64,000 nt of DNA from an uncultured Gammaproteobacteria bacterium. Its GTDB lineage: Bacteria > Pseudomonadota > Gammaproteobacteria > JACCXJ01. How positions within the stretch are numbered: position 1 is the first letter of the stretch; each line of letters begins with the position of its first letter. Location of the stretch: NCBI GenBank assembly GCA_963764725.1, contig CAVXTM010000016.1, forward strand, positions 32,001 to 96,000, given 5' to 3'. Positions 1 to 10,149 of this stretch are shown in pieces. The position numbers were made by a program, and so were the translations under genes. The notes under the pieces were generated by a model, which was not told where the DNA came from, made no database searches, and saw nothing but the letters and a program-made list of their open reading frames with translations.

Positions 1-585
1 GAAACGCATGAAATCGCCGGCAAACTCGTCCGCGAGGCGAACCCGGCAGAACGGACAAAGCTCTCCGGCTATCTCTACCCCATAGGTCTCCCGAAAGTTG
101 CCTCGAAGCGTGTGCGGGATAAGATGAAGAGGGCTCTGATCGACCGGACATCCCTTGATGGCATAGAGCGCTCCGGCATCGGTATGACTGTATTCTTCGA
201 GGCCGCGTTTCAACAGGATTACCATCGTGGATTTGCCACCCGAAGGCGGTCCTAAGAGCAGCAACAAACGGCGCCCGACCTCCGAGCCCGCACTCGCGGC
301 TTTGAAGTAATCGGCTATGCGTTCGAGCGCATCCGTAATGCCGAAAAGCTCATCCGTGAACAGGCCGTAGGGCCGCGCGTCGTTGCCGTTCTCGCGTTCC
401 TTGGCCCCGGTACGGCGCAGCATACTCCAAACGTACTGGTGACTGTTGCGCGTGTAGCGCTCAGGCCGTTGCGGTAGAATGTTCTCTAGAAACTCTTTGA
501 AATTGCCTTCCCAATGTTTCGCGCGGTGCTCTTGTGTGAAAGCCGTCAGCGATTCGAGAAATTGTCCTCGCGGATCCGTGGTCAT
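1..585 (-). CDS. prkA: PrkA/YeaG-family serine protein kinase (AAA+), N-terminal part; runs off the window edge
   Basis: Not in the ORF track. Manual translation from ATG 585 (GGAG RBS at 591-594): MTTDPRGQFLESL...DELFGITDALERIADYFKAASAGSEVGRRLLLLLGPPSGGKST (Walker A)...LYAIKGCP...GELCPFC. Confidence 0.9.
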   Translation of the reverse strand, partial: MTTDPRGQFLESLTAFTQEHRAKHWEGNFKEFLENILPQRPERYTRNSHQYVWSMLRRTGAKERENGNDARPYGLFTDELFGITDALERIADYFKAASAGSEVGRRLLLLLGPPSGGKSTMVILLKRGLEEYSHTDAGALYAIKGCPVDQSPLHLIPHTLRGNFRETYGVEIAGELCPFCRVRLADEFAGDFMRF

Positions 586-759
586 ATGTTCTCCGAATAA
601 TCTAAAAATGCGCGTGCCTTTAAATCGAGTACCCGGTTCGCCTACGCGTTTAGCTCAATGGTAGTAGCAATGGTGCCCTCATTACTAGGTGGTTGTGGCG
701 CTGAGTTAGTTCCACCGCACAAAGTTTAGTCCAGCTCGTTTAAAAGCAAGCGCCGCTCG

Positions 760-1917
760 TTAGCGATCCGTGACCAGTTCAAGGGCGCGGTCGAGTTGAT
801 TGCGCGGAGTATAAAAGTGAGGTGAAAATCGAATTGCGCCGCCACGAATCGCGCAAACGACACCCTCCGCGCGAAGTTTTCGATAGAGCGTTTCGCTCAG
901 ATGACGGCGGTGACGGAAGCTGACGACACCAGACTGGTGCCCCGGATGTGCCGGGGAGCGCAGCTCTAAATCAGGATGTAGGTTAATTCGATCAGTAAGA
1001 TAACTCGTATTATTCAACACCATTCTAGAGATAGCGGCCATACCGATCTCGTGCAGCAGCGACAAGCTGGCCGACAAGGCATGCGCTCCAAGGAGGTTGG
1101 GGCTGCCGCATTCAAACCGCCGCGCCGAATCCGCGGGAAGCCAGTCCTTGTGGTCGAATGCGTTCGGATCCTGCGTCATGTGCCAGCCGAACTCGCTCAG
1201 CGTGATTTCGTCGCGGATGGCCGGATTGACATAAAAAAGGGCGATGCCCTCCGGGCCGAGCATCCATTTGTGCGCGTCGGCGACGACAAAATCCGCGTGA
1301 CAGGTGCTCACGTCGAAATTCAACGCTCCGAGCGTTTGAATCGCGTCAACGCAAAGTAATATCCCATGTTTTCGGCAGTAGGCGCCAATCAAATCGAGAT
1401 CGATCCGAAAACCGCTCGCGTATTGCACGGAGCTGATCGCAAGCAGCCGGGTACGCCCGTCGCACGCATCGAGCAACGGCTGTTCCGGACAGGGATGGTT
1501 CCTCAGCAACTCGATCTGACGCACGGCCACGCCGCGGGATTGCAACGCTTCCCAAGGAATACGATTACTCGGAAACTCTTCGGCTGAAATCACGATGTTG
1601 TCACCGGCGCTCCACGCGATCCCGTTGGCGACGAAAGACAGACCTTCGGAGGTGTTTTTCAGCAACGCTATATCATCGCTGGCTGGGGCGTTAATGAGCT
1701 GCCGTAGTTGCTCTCTCAGTCGCCGTTCCGTCTCCAGCCAATGGCTATAGTTCGAAGCGCCGTGGTGGACATTGTGGTCCGCGAATGCTTTTACCGCTTC
1801 GGCGGCACGCCGGGGCCATGGCGCAACACCCGCGTGGTTCAAATAAATGGTATTTTTTGCGACGGGGAATTCGTCCCGCCACAGGGACGCATCTATTTGA
1901 GGATATAGATTCGACAT
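760..1917 (-). CDS. Class V PLP-dependent aminotransferase / cysteine desulfurase-like
   Basis: YLNHAG, NTSEG, EFPSN, VDAIQ, DAHKWMLGPEG (PLP lysine), IRFSPHFY. Start probably ATG 1917. Confidence 0.9.
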   Translation of the reverse strand: MSNLYPQIDASLWRDEFPVAKNTIYLNHAGVAPWPRRAAEAVKAFADHNVHHGASNYSHWLETERRLREQLRQLINAPASDDIALLKNTSEGLSFVANGIAWSAGDNIVISAEEFPSNRIPWEALQSRGVAVRQIELLRNHPCPEQPLLDACDGRTRLLAISSVQYASGFRIDLDLIGAYCRKHGILLCVDAIQTLGALNFDVSTCHADFVVADAHKWMLGPEGIALFYVNPAIRDEITLSEFGWHMTQDPNAFDHKDWLPADSARRFECGSPNLLGAHALSASLSLLHEIGMAAISRMVLNNTSYLTDRINLHPDLELRSPAHPGHQSGVVSFRHRRHLSETLYRKLRAEGVVCAIRGGAIRFSPHFYTPRNQLDRALELVTDR

Positions 1918-2048
1918 GGTGCGCATAATGTGTATTATGTTAACTAGTATTTTTCTGTATCCTCTCAACCTCTCACGACAAGCATATGTAAACCGGTACC
2001 GTAAATGCGCCGATACCGATTTCCGAACGACTCAGGGATGCCTTATGC

Positions 2049-2711
2049 ATGACAATAGAATCTCGTGACAATAGAATCTCGTGTTTAATTTTACTTCTCG
2101 TTCTTTTCCCAGGGTTGGGTTTCGCGGCCCCGAAGTTCATGGTTGTCGGTCTATTTAAAGATAAAGCCATCCTGGACATCAACGGCAAACAGCGTCTACT
2201 CGCCGCGGGACACCAGACTCCCGAGGGTATTACCCTCATATCCGCCGATAGTAAAGGAGCCGTGATAGAAGTCGAGGGAAAACGCGAAACCTACGTTCTC
2301 GGCAACCGCATCGGCACTCAATTCGCCGCCGCAACGGCCGGCGCCACGGTGCACATTTTGCCTAATTACATGGGAATGTATAACGTAGGCGGCGCTATCA
2401 ACGGATTCGGGGTGAGTTTCATGGTCAACACCGGCGCCACGCAGGTAGCAATAAACAAACACGTTGCCCGGCGTCTGGGCATCGACTATAGGCTGATCGG
2501 AAACGAAGGCGTCAGCTCGACAGCTTCGGGAATCGTAAGATCCTTCGGGGTTACGCTCAAGAAAGTTCGGGTCGGGGACATTGAGCTTATGGACGTGCCC
2601 GCCACGGTTATCGATGGCGACTTCCCCAAAGAAACCTTACTCGGAATGTCGTTCCTAAGCCGGATCGATATGGACCGCAAAGGCGGGCTCATGGTGTTGC
2701 GAAAAAAATAG
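2049..2711 (+). CDS. Clan AA (retropepsin-like, TIGR02281-type) aspartic protease; catalytic Asp reads as Asn
   Basis: Signal peptide, FMVNTGAT (usually xDTGA), STASG and LLGMSFL motifs. Confidence 0.85.
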   Translation: MTIESRDNRISCLILLLVLFPGLGFAAPKFMVVGLFKDKAILDINGKQRLLAAGHQTPEGITLISADSKGAVIEVEGKRETYVLGNRIGTQFAAATAGATVHILPNYMGMYNVGGAINGFGVSFMVNTGATQVAINKHVARRLGIDYRLIGNEGVSSTASGIVRSFGVTLKKVRVGDIELMDVPATVIDGDFPKETLLGMSFLSRIDMDRKGGLMVLRKK

Positions 2712-2899
2712 TAGGCTCGCGTCGCTGGCCGGTGATCTTAGAGAAGCGCCATTTTAATAAAACGACCCCACGATCGCGTTCCATGGATTCCATCCTCCCG
2801 CTTTCTCGCGCACAAACGCGCCCCTCTTCATCTTCACAGGGCCTTTGACGCCAATATCGCTGGCCTGCTCGGCGAGATTGAGGCTTGTCTCGATGGCCG

Positions 2900-3188
2900 C
2901 GTGCACCCCGAGATGATCGTCGTGGACGACGGCAGCACCGACGTGGCCTTCAATCACCGGCCTCGGCTCGGTTCCTGATCCAATGGCTCACGAGCGAGCG
3001 CTAAACGCAGCGTGATCCCCAGGACATTCTGGTACTTCAGCGTCGGCGGCAGTTTAGTCCTGCTTTGCTACTCAGTGCATAAGGTCGATCCCGTCTTCAT
3101 CGTGGGCCAAATCACGGGACTGTTTATCTACGTCCGCAATCTGTACCTACTGCATCGCGTCGAAAGCGATCCCCGTGCTTCGACGTAG
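2900..3188 (+). pseudogene. Deletion remnant joining a GT2 glycosyltransferase fragment to a lipid-A-biosynthesis N-terminal (LAB-N) membrane protein
   Basis: EMIVVDDGSTD near 2910-2941, then RFLIQWLTSER / frameshift / AKRSVIPRTFWYFSVGGSLVLLCYSVHKVDPVFIVGQITGLFIYVRNL. Confidence 0.75.
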
Positions 3189-3195
3189 GCGATCC

Positions 3196-3354
3196 TTAAA
3201 GCCGCATCTTCCCGATGCAGAGGCCCGAGACAGGATCTCGCCACTCGGTGTACTGCCGGGTATGGCCCTTGATCCGTCGGTGCTTCCAGCCCGATCCCCA
3301 CAACATAAACGCCCACACCGCATCCGCATGTCTTAAAAGCAGGTGCATACGCAT
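3196..3354 (-). CDS. Small hypothetical protein (52 aa), possibly frameshifted near its 3' end
   Basis: GAGGTG RBS just upstream of ATG 3354; MRMHLLLRHADAVWAFMLWGSGW...WRDPVSGL. Confidence 0.35.
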   Translation of the reverse strand: MRMHLLLRHADAVWAFMLWGSGWKHRRIKGHTRQYTEWRDPVSGLCIGKMRL

Positions 3355-3493
3355 AGTGAACACCTCGCCAGGACTAGCGAGCCCATGTAGGACTCCTGGG
3401 CTATTAGCAGCATTATTTGTGCCGCGGGAGACTTTGAGGCTATGAGTGGCACATGTTATCACTGCGTACAAATGCCGGTGAGGCGAGGAGCGT

Positions 3494-3877
3494 TCAGTCT
3501 TCGTCTCGCGAGCGGTCGTTTTCATCTAGGCCGTCGCCCCAGTCATCTTCCTCCTCATCCTCTCCTGCCTCATTTTTTTCCCCCGGCCGCTTAGGATGTT
3601 TTGAACGCGGGCTCCAATCGTCGCTCGACTTGGATCCTTTCGCTTCATCCTCATAGCCGGGATCTTGGCCGCTTTGTTCGGTCCACTCCTCGGGAACCTC
3701 GATCGGCTCGATCTCTAAATCGTACCATTCGTCAATATCCATTTCGTCAAGTGCGCCGTTGGCATACTGAACCTCAATGACTCCACGCTCATCGTCCACA
3801 TCGACGACCTCGAATTTCTGGCCACGCTCCATGTGCTCGTACCAACTCCCGGCGACCGGATCAACTTCGTTGTTCAT
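3494..3877 (-). CDS. Acidic conserved hypothetical protein (DUF6763-like)
   Basis: GGAG RBS; PVAGSWY...GQKFEVVDVD...IEVQY..G...D.DEWY.LEIEPIE.PE.W; acidic tail. Confidence 0.75.
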   Translation of the reverse strand: MNNEVDPVAGSWYEHMERGQKFEVVDVDDERGVIEVQYANGALDEMDIDEWYDLEIEPIEVPEEWTEQSGQDPGYEDEAKGSKSSDDWSPRSKHPKRPGEKNEAGEDEEEDDWGDGLDENDRSRDED

Positions 3878-3975
3878 CGTTGTCTCCCGTGGCCTGTCCG
3901 CGCGCCCTGATAGGACGTATTGGTTTAATGCAAAGCATAGAGCATCTTTCGCGAATTAACCTAAGGCAAGGCCAT

Positions 3976-4752
3976 TCATTCACGCAACCCCCATATGGCG
4001 CCCAAACGCTGCATGGGCCGCAACACGAGCCGGTAAGGCAGATCGGGGCCCGGCCGCCTTGCCTTACCGGGGAAGTTATGATGATCCCGGTGTTCGGATT
4101 CTCCGAGCAGCACCGCCGACGGCACGCGATAGTTACGGGCCGTGCACCCCTCGTGATCTGACGCGCCGCGGTGGGACATGACGTTAAACCAAAGCGTGCC
4201 GAAAGGCGACAAAAAGGCGGGGACCAAAATTACCAGGGTGGACAACGCCCGCGATCCGCTCAGTCCCCAGACCGCCAGCCATTCCACCCATGGGATAACA
4301 AAACACCACTTGTCGAGCCACGCGGTCTCGGGATAACGCAGCTTGATTCGGCGGCGCGCATTCCTCAGGTCATAGGGCCAACCCAACCAAGCGTAAAGGA
4401 CCGAGCGGGCCACGGGTGAGTGCGGGTCCTCTAGGGTATCGCAGTGGAAGTGGTGATGGCGGTGATTCGCGGCCCACCAGGACATACCTCCTTGGTTGGA
4501 CGCCGCGCACGAATAGGCAATCACGAATTCGAACCAGCGTTTGGCCTTGAACGCATTGTGTGAAAAGTACCGATGCAATCCGAGCGTCATGCCAAGGATC
4601 GAGTGCCGGTTGCCTTGCAGGATAATCAAGATCCACGTCAGGGGCTCGATCAGCAGCGGCTTGACTGCCTCAAGGTCAAGGAGGATCAAGGGCACGATGT
4701 AAACGATGATCGTGCAAGTGCCGAAAATGCGCTGAAGGGTCCAGAACAACAT
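3976..4752 (-). CDS. Membrane fatty-acid (delta-9-like) desaturase
   Basis: Three His boxes: HRYFSH, HRHHH, HRDHH; also DPHSP. Confidence 0.85.
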   Translation of the reverse strand: MLFWTLQRIFGTCTIIVYIVPLILLDLEAVKPLLIEPLTWILIILQGNRHSILGMTLGLHRYFSHNAFKAKRWFEFVIAYSCAASNQGGMSWWAANHRHHHFHCDTLEDPHSPVARSVLYAWLGWPYDLRNARRRIKLRYPETAWLDKWCFVIPWVEWLAVWGLSGSRALSTLVILVPAFLSPFGTLWFNVMSHRGASDHEGCTARNYRVPSAVLLGESEHRDHHNFPGKARRPGPDLPYRLVLRPMQRLGAIWGLRE

Positions 4753-4832
4753 TGGGTTATGATTTCGGACTTACACGGTGCACGCGCATAAATTGATTAT
4801 TGTAGAAGACCAAGACGGAGGTTACAAAATCG

Positions 4833-6248
4833 GTGTACGGAAATCATCCACTGCAAGCCTCTCAGCCCCCAAGCATGGCGCGCCAACCCCGTGGTCTGGC
4901 ACTATTGTTCGTGGTGGAGATGTGGGAGCGATATTCGTACTACGGGATGCGGGCGCTGTTGATCCTGTTTCTGATCACGGAGACCGGGGGCGGCGGATTG
5001 GGTTGGACGGTCGAGCGCGCGGGACAATTGTACGGTTGGTACACGGGACTCGTGTATCTTACTCCGGTCATCGGCGGCTACCTCGCCGACCGCTACCTCG
5101 GCACTCACCGCGCCCTCGTCGCCGGCGGCATCTTGATCGCGCTCGGGCATTTCTCACTCGCACTCGAGAATACCGTGGCGTTTTATTCCGGCTTGATCCT
5201 CTTGGTGTTGGGTACCGGGTTTTTCAAATCCAATATTTCCACGATGGTCGGCCAACTCTATGGACTTCATGATCCGCGTCGCGACAGCGGTTTTACCATT
5301 TACTATATGGGGATCAATCTCGGAGCGCTCATCGGCCCGCTCATTTGTGGCTATCTGGCGCATAGCAGCCGCTTCGGGTGGGGCTACGGTTTCGGGGCGG
5401 CCGGGGTCGGAATGCTGGCCGGGCTTGCCGTTTATCTCGGCGGCAGAAAACGGTTTCTAGGAGACATAGGTATAGCGAACGCACCACGCACGCCGGATGT
5501 TCAAGCACGTCCGCTGTTAAACCACGAGGAAAAAGAGCGGATTGGGGCGATGCTGGTGATGGCGTTCTTCGTGATGTTCTTTTGGCTTGCGTTCGAGCAA
5601 GCCGGTTCCTCCATGGCGGTGTTTGCCGAGCGCAGCACCGATCGCACCACGCCGGGGTGGTTACACTGGTTGCTGGCCGAGGAACGATTTCCGGCGGCTT
5701 GGTTTCAAGCGGTCAACCCCGCCTTCATTCTGTTGCTCGCCCCCCTTTTTTCCATGCTCTGGCTGCGCCTCGGATGCGCCGGTTTGGAGCCACGAACCCC
5801 GGTAAAAATGGCATCGGGATTGATCCTCCTCGGGAGCGGTTTCCTGGTCTTGGTGTTCGCCGCGGCGCAGAGCGACCGCGGTATGCCGGTAAGCCCGCTG
5901 TGGTTGGTTGGGGCCTATCTCTTACATACCTGTGGCGAGCTGTGCCTGTCCCCCGTGGGTCTCGCCCTCGTCACGCGCATCGCACCGCTCAAGTATGCCT
6001 CGATGTTGATGGGAGTGTGGTTCCTGGCCAACTTTGCAGCCAATCTCGCGGCCGGCTATTTCGCGGGCATGCTCGATGCCTTTAGCGAGGGCCGCGTCGT
6101 GACGATCCTAGGCGGCCAAGCGGACTTTTTCCTGATTCTGGTAGTAACTTCTTGTGCCGCCGGAATTCTCCTGTGGCTGCTCGCGCCCTGGCTTAACCGA
6201 CTCATGCATGGCCGCGACCAGCGTAGCGCATCCGCGCCGCAGGCCTAA
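4833..6248 (+). CDS. POT/PTR-family proton-dependent oligopeptide transporter (MFS)
   Basis: EMWERYSYYG (ExxER motif), GTGFFKSN, GELCLSP. Start may be ATG 4875. Confidence 0.95.
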   Translation: MYGNHPLQASQPPSMARQPRGLALLFVVEMWERYSYYGMRALLILFLITETGGGGLGWTVERAGQLYGWYTGLVYLTPVIGGYLADRYLGTHRALVAGGILIALGHFSLALENTVAFYSGLILLVLGTGFFKSNISTMVGQLYGLHDPRRDSGFTIYYMGINLGALIGPLICGYLAHSSRFGWGYGFGAAGVGMLAGLAVYLGGRKRFLGDIGIANAPRTPDVQARPLLNHEEKERIGAMLVMAFFVMFFWLAFEQAGSSMAVFAERSTDRTTPGWLHWLLAEERFPAAWFQAVNPAFILLLAPLFSMLWLRLGCAGLEPRTPVKMASGLILLGSGFLVLVFAAAQSDRGMPVSPLWLVGAYLLHTCGELCLSPVGLALVTRIAPLKYASMLMGVWFLANFAANLAAGYFAGMLDAFSEGRVVTILGGQADFFLILVVTSCAAGILLWLLAPWLNRLMHGRDQRSASAPQA

Positions 6249-6567
6249 ACCATCCCCTATTTTGTGAATTTTTCACAGAACTTTTGTGACAAATTACCGC
6301 GATTTGTACGCGCATCATTCGGTATTCTACGAACCAATTCGTTATCTACTCAACCGCGGGTAACGCGATTGCCTCCTCCCCCGCCGCGACATGCGGCTCA
6401 TTTTGGCACAGGGATGTGCCACCTTTTATTCAAGCGACTCCCCTGCCCCGCCGCCCGCGTGTAACGCCTATGGTGCTGACCAGGTCTTTAATGCATACTG
6501 CGGCGAGCTTCGCATGAATCGATAGCCGTTATCGGATCGACCTTGGTTTCGCCACCTTCACATCGCC

Positions 6568-6855
6568 ATGAACAATCTGCATGAAAAGATCCGCGGCAGC
6601 CCATGGCTCGCCGCCCTGCTCCTGGTCCCGGCCTTCGCAATCACGATCCTCTTCGCGGGTTTTTTCTTTGCGCTTTTTGTTAGCGTTTTCCTGGTGCTGG
6701 GGGCGATCCTCGGAATGCGCTTTTGGTGGATCAAACGCCGCCTGAAAAAATCCGCCGGCCCAGGGATCATCGATGGCGAATTCATCGTCGTCGATAAACG
6801 GATCACCATTGTCAAGGGAGAGCACGCCCGCGATCGTGACGCCGGGGATGACTGA
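6568..6855 (+). CDS. Small membrane hypothetical protein
   Basis: Long hydrophobic segment followed by a basic stretch and IIDGEFIVV. Confidence 0.65.
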   Translation: MNNLHEKIRGSPWLAALLLVPAFAITILFAGFFFALFVSVFLVLGAILGMRFWWIKRRLKKSAGPGIIDGEFIVVDKRITIVKGEHARDRDAGDD

Positions 6856-6877
6856 AAGATTTCGCTTACGCGGCGGT

Positions 6878-7864
6878 TTATTGATCGGTACGATCGATCG
6901 CGAACCGGTCGCAGCGCACCAGTGTCCGCAGCCCGAGCAAGGCGGGAACGGGATGGGTGAGGAGATAGGTTGGCAGGGTCTCTAAGTAGTGCCGATACCG
7001 TCCTTTAGCGACAAAGCGTTCGCGAAAACGCGATCCCGCCAATGCATGGGCGATTTGCGGCAAGATCCCGCCCGCCAAGTAAATCCCACCTCGAGCGGCC
7101 AAGGTCAGGGCGAGATCTCCCGCCACTGTGCCGAGAAAGCAGAAGAACATGTCCACGGCTTGCGCGGCATAGCGGTCCTCTCCGAGTAGGGCTCTGGCGG
7201 TGATCTCGGCCGGGGTTCGATCCGAGGCCACATCACCGGCGAGCGCCGCCAGACTTTGATAGATCGCCACCAACCCGGGTCCGGACACTGCGCGCTCCGC
7301 GGACACGTGCCCGAAGCGGGCCCGTAGGCACCTGAGCACAGCCGCTTCGGCGTCGTTCATCGGCGCCAAGGTAACGTGCCCGCCTTCGCTTGCAAGCGGG
7401 ACCCATCCCGAGCGGTAAGGGATGAGCCCGGACACCCCGAGGCCGGTGCCGGGCCCAATCACACCCAGCGGCGCGTTCGCTTGCGGTTCCCCCGCGCCGA
7501 TCTGATGTCGATGCGAGGCTTCGAGCCGCGGCAACGCATGGGCAACGGCGGTAAAGTCATTGATCACCTCGATGCGCTCCCAGCCGAGGGCCTCCTTGAT
7601 CGCCTGGATAGAAAAGGACCACCCGCGATTGACCATGCGCACGCGATCTCCCACGATGGGCGCCGCGACCGCCAGCGCACCGGCACGGATAGCGGACTCT
7701 GTCCCCTCCTCCTCCAGATAGCTCCGCAGCGCCGAAATCAAGTCCGGTAGCGTGTCATTCGACAGGACCCGGATCGCCCCGATGTCGTCGCAATCGTCGA
7801 GGATGCCGATCCGGGTCCGTGATCCACCGATGTCAGCCAATAACCATGGGCGCCCTGTGTTCAT
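6878..7864 (-). CDS. glk: Glucokinase
   Basis: LLADIGG, INDFTA, GPGTGLG, EGGH, SAERAVSGPGL, F..KGR. Start ATG 7864. Confidence 0.95.
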   Translation of the reverse strand: MNTGRPWLLADIGGSRTRIGILDDCDDIGAIRVLSNDTLPDLISALRSYLEEEGTESAIRAGALAVAAPIVGDRVRMVNRGWSFSIQAIKEALGWERIEVINDFTAVAHALPRLEASHRHQIGAGEPQANAPLGVIGPGTGLGVSGLIPYRSGWVPLASEGGHVTLAPMNDAEAAVLRCLRARFGHVSAERAVSGPGLVAIYQSLAALAGDVASDRTPAEITARALLGEDRYAAQAVDMFFCFLGTVAGDLALTLAARGGIYLAGGILPQIAHALAGSRFRERFVAKGRYRHYLETLPTYLLTHPVPALLGLRTLVRCDRFAIDRTDQ

Positions 7865-8023
7865 CCTAAGGAAACTCGTGGAGAGCGCCCGCGATGCCGA
7901 AGCAGCGATTGAGGAACTTCGATCGGGAAACGTTGCCTTGCATCTAACGAGGTCTTTCTTCGATAAGCAACGACAGGGCTGGGCGCAGTATTTCACAATA
8001 GCATCGCCACGTATAATACGCTC

Positions 8024-8554
8024 TTGACCAACTGGCGAAACCACTCGGCGGCCGTGATCCCGAACCGCGTTGCATTTGTGCTCATCTTCCTGCTCTGCGG
8101 GGGGTCGCTCGGGTTTGGGATTTATCTCGAGATCGTTCGAGGACTCGAACCTTGTCCCTTGTGCATGATTCAACGGCTGTTCTTTGCGGGCGCGGGTCTC
8201 TTGGGATTCCTCGCCGCCGTGCACGGTCCGGCCCGAACCGGCAGCCGCGTCTACAGCGCCTTTATCGGTTTATCCGCGCTCGCTGGAGGCGGCGTCGCCG
8301 GGCGGCAGGTGTGGTTACAGCACCTGCCGCCGGATCAGGCACCGCAATGCGGTCCGGGCTTCGACTACTTGATGGATACCTACCCCATGCTCGAAGCACT
8401 CGCCAAGATCCTGCGCGGCAGTGGGGAATGCGCGGAGATCGGGTGGAGCTTCTTGAGTCTCTCGATCGCGGAGTGGGCGCTCGGGTTATTTATTGTGCTG
8501 CTTGGGCTTTGCATTGTTCAGATCGCGCGGCCTCCCCCGACGATAAGCGGCTAA
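8024..8554 (+). CDS. dsbB: Disulfide bond formation protein B
   Basis: LEPCPLCMIQR, second Cys pair (PQCGPG...GSGEC), 4 TM segments. Confidence 0.93.
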   Translation: MTNWRNHSAAVIPNRVAFVLIFLLCGGSLGFGIYLEIVRGLEPCPLCMIQRLFFAGAGLLGFLAAVHGPARTGSRVYSAFIGLSALAGGGVAGRQVWLQHLPPDQAPQCGPGFDYLMDTYPMLEALAKILRGSGECAEIGWSFLSLSIAEWALGLFIVLLGLCIVQIARPPPTISG

Positions 8555-8562
8555 GCTCACGC

Positions 8563-9378
8563 CTATTCACCGCTTTGCAGAAGCAATCCGCGCGCGCGCG
8601 CGACGTCGAACACCCGCAGGAACACAATCGCCGCCAATACGATATAGAGGACATTCAATTCCGCCGCGGCAGCGAATCGATCGACATCGAAGCGGTGCTC
8701 GAACATCACCGTGCGCATCCCCTCGAACACATGGCTGCTGGGCAAGCACCACGCCACCGGTTGCAGCCAGGCGGGTAAGGTGGCGATCGGATAGTAGATC
8801 CCGCTGATCGGGGCGATGGCAAAAATCGAGGCCCAGGCGAGCGATTCCACACCCAAGCCAAAACGCAGCAAGAGCGCGCAGATCACAAGTCCGATGGCCC
8901 AGCCGAAGATCAGCAAGTTGGCGAAAAACGCGATGAGCGGCATACCCATCGCAAAAATGGAGTATTGATAGAGCGGGATCGCGAGGAGCGCCGCCGTTCC
9001 CACCCCGATACAGGCACGCACGAAGCTGATGCTGATCAACGCCAGCACCAACTCGTAAGGACGCAGCGGACTCGCAAACAACTGACCGAGGTTGCGCGCG
9101 AACATCTCCTCCATGAACACGACCGAAACCCCGAGCTGCGCCCGAAACAGCACGTCCCAGAGCAGCACGGCCGCAATCAATACCCCGGCGCCATGGGCTA
9201 CCCAGGAACTATTGGTGGCGAAAAATTGCGTGACCAGCCCCCACAGGATCATCTGCACGGTGGGCCAATACGCTTGTTCGAGGATCCGCGGCCACGATCC
9301 GCGCAGAAGATAAAGGTAACGCAGTATCATTGCCCCGATGCGGCGCGCCGAGAAGACCTCCTCCGGAACCGCGATCAT
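8563..9378 (-). CDS. ABC-2 type transporter permease
   Basis: About 6 TM segments, YYPIATLPAWLQP. ATGA overlap with the upstream ATPase. Confidence 0.88.
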   Translation of the reverse strand: MIAVPEEVFSARRIGAMILRYLYLLRGSWPRILEQAYWPTVQMILWGLVTQFFATNSSWVAHGAGVLIAAVLLWDVLFRAQLGVSVVFMEEMFARNLGQLFASPLRPYELVLALISISFVRACIGVGTAALLAIPLYQYSIFAMGMPLIAFFANLLIFGWAIGLVICALLLRFGLGVESLAWASIFAIAPISGIYYPIATLPAWLQPVAWCLPSSHVFEGMRTVMFEHRFDVDRFAAAAELNVLYIVLAAIVFLRVFDVARARGLLLQSGE

Positions 9379-10139
9379 CGCACGCTGTACCGTGCTTGCC
9401 TGTCGGCGGGATCCCCGTTGCGGACGATGTGCAAGAATACCTCTTCCATCGTCGTGCGGCCATATTTTGCGATCAGATGCATAGGCTTCCCGCGATCGAC
9501 GATCGCCCCCGATCGCATGATCAAAACCTGGGTGCAAACCCGCTCGACCTCCGTCATGTTGTGCGAGGCCAGAAGGATGGTTGCGCCGTTGGCTCGCTGG
9601 TAGTGAACTAAGTACTGACGGATGCGATCGGCGCTGTCCGGATCGAGGGAAGCCGTGGGCTCATCGAGTAAGACCAACTCGGGTCTATTAAGCAAAGCCT
9701 TAGCCAGCACCACGCGGGTCTTCTGACCAGCCGACAGGGTCCGGTACTCAAGCCGCATCAAACCCTCGATGTCGAGGTGCCGCCCAAGCTCCCTGACGCG
9801 CGATTGGATATCACGCACCCCATAGAGACGTGCGTACACATCGAGGTTTTCGGCGACGGTCAGCCGTTGCGGTAGATCGACGTAAGGCGAGGAAAAGTTC
9901 ATGCGCGCCAATACGCTATAACGATGGGTCCGCAGATCCCTCCCCAAGACGCGGATCAGTCCCGCCGTTGGGGTGATCAAGCCGAGGAGCATGGCCAGTG
10001 TCGTTGTCTTACCCGCCCCGTTCGCGCCGAGTAGCGCACAGATGGATCCACGCTCGATGCTGAAGCTGATATTCTCCACGGCCACGACGGCGCCAAACCG
10101 TTTCAATAGGCCCTCGACCGCTACCGCCGGATCGGGCAT
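9375..10139 (-). CDS. ABC transporter ATP-binding protein
   Basis: GANGAGKTT, LSAGQ, LLDEPT, SH. Confidence 0.95.
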   Translation of the reverse strand: MPDPAVAVEGLLKRFGAVVAVENISFSIERGSICALLGANGAGKTTTLAMLLGLITPTAGLIRVLGRDLRTHRYSVLARMNFSSPYVDLPQRLTVAENLDVYARLYGVRDIQSRVRELGRHLDIEGLMRLEYRTLSAGQKTRVVLAKALLNRPELVLLDEPTASLDPDSADRIRQYLVHYQRANGATILLASHNMTEVERVCTQVLIMRSGAIVDRGKPMHLIAKYGRTTMEEVFLHIVRNGDPADRQARYSVR

Positions 10140-10149
10140 ACGGCGTGGC

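Noticed and set aside
6263-6277. CRP site
   Set aside because: The spacer is 5 bp rather than the 6 bp CRP requires, so it is kept only as an unassigned palindrome.
7865-8224. N-terminal extension of glucokinase
   Set aside because: It overlaps dsbB. Homology begins at MNTGRPWLLADIGG.
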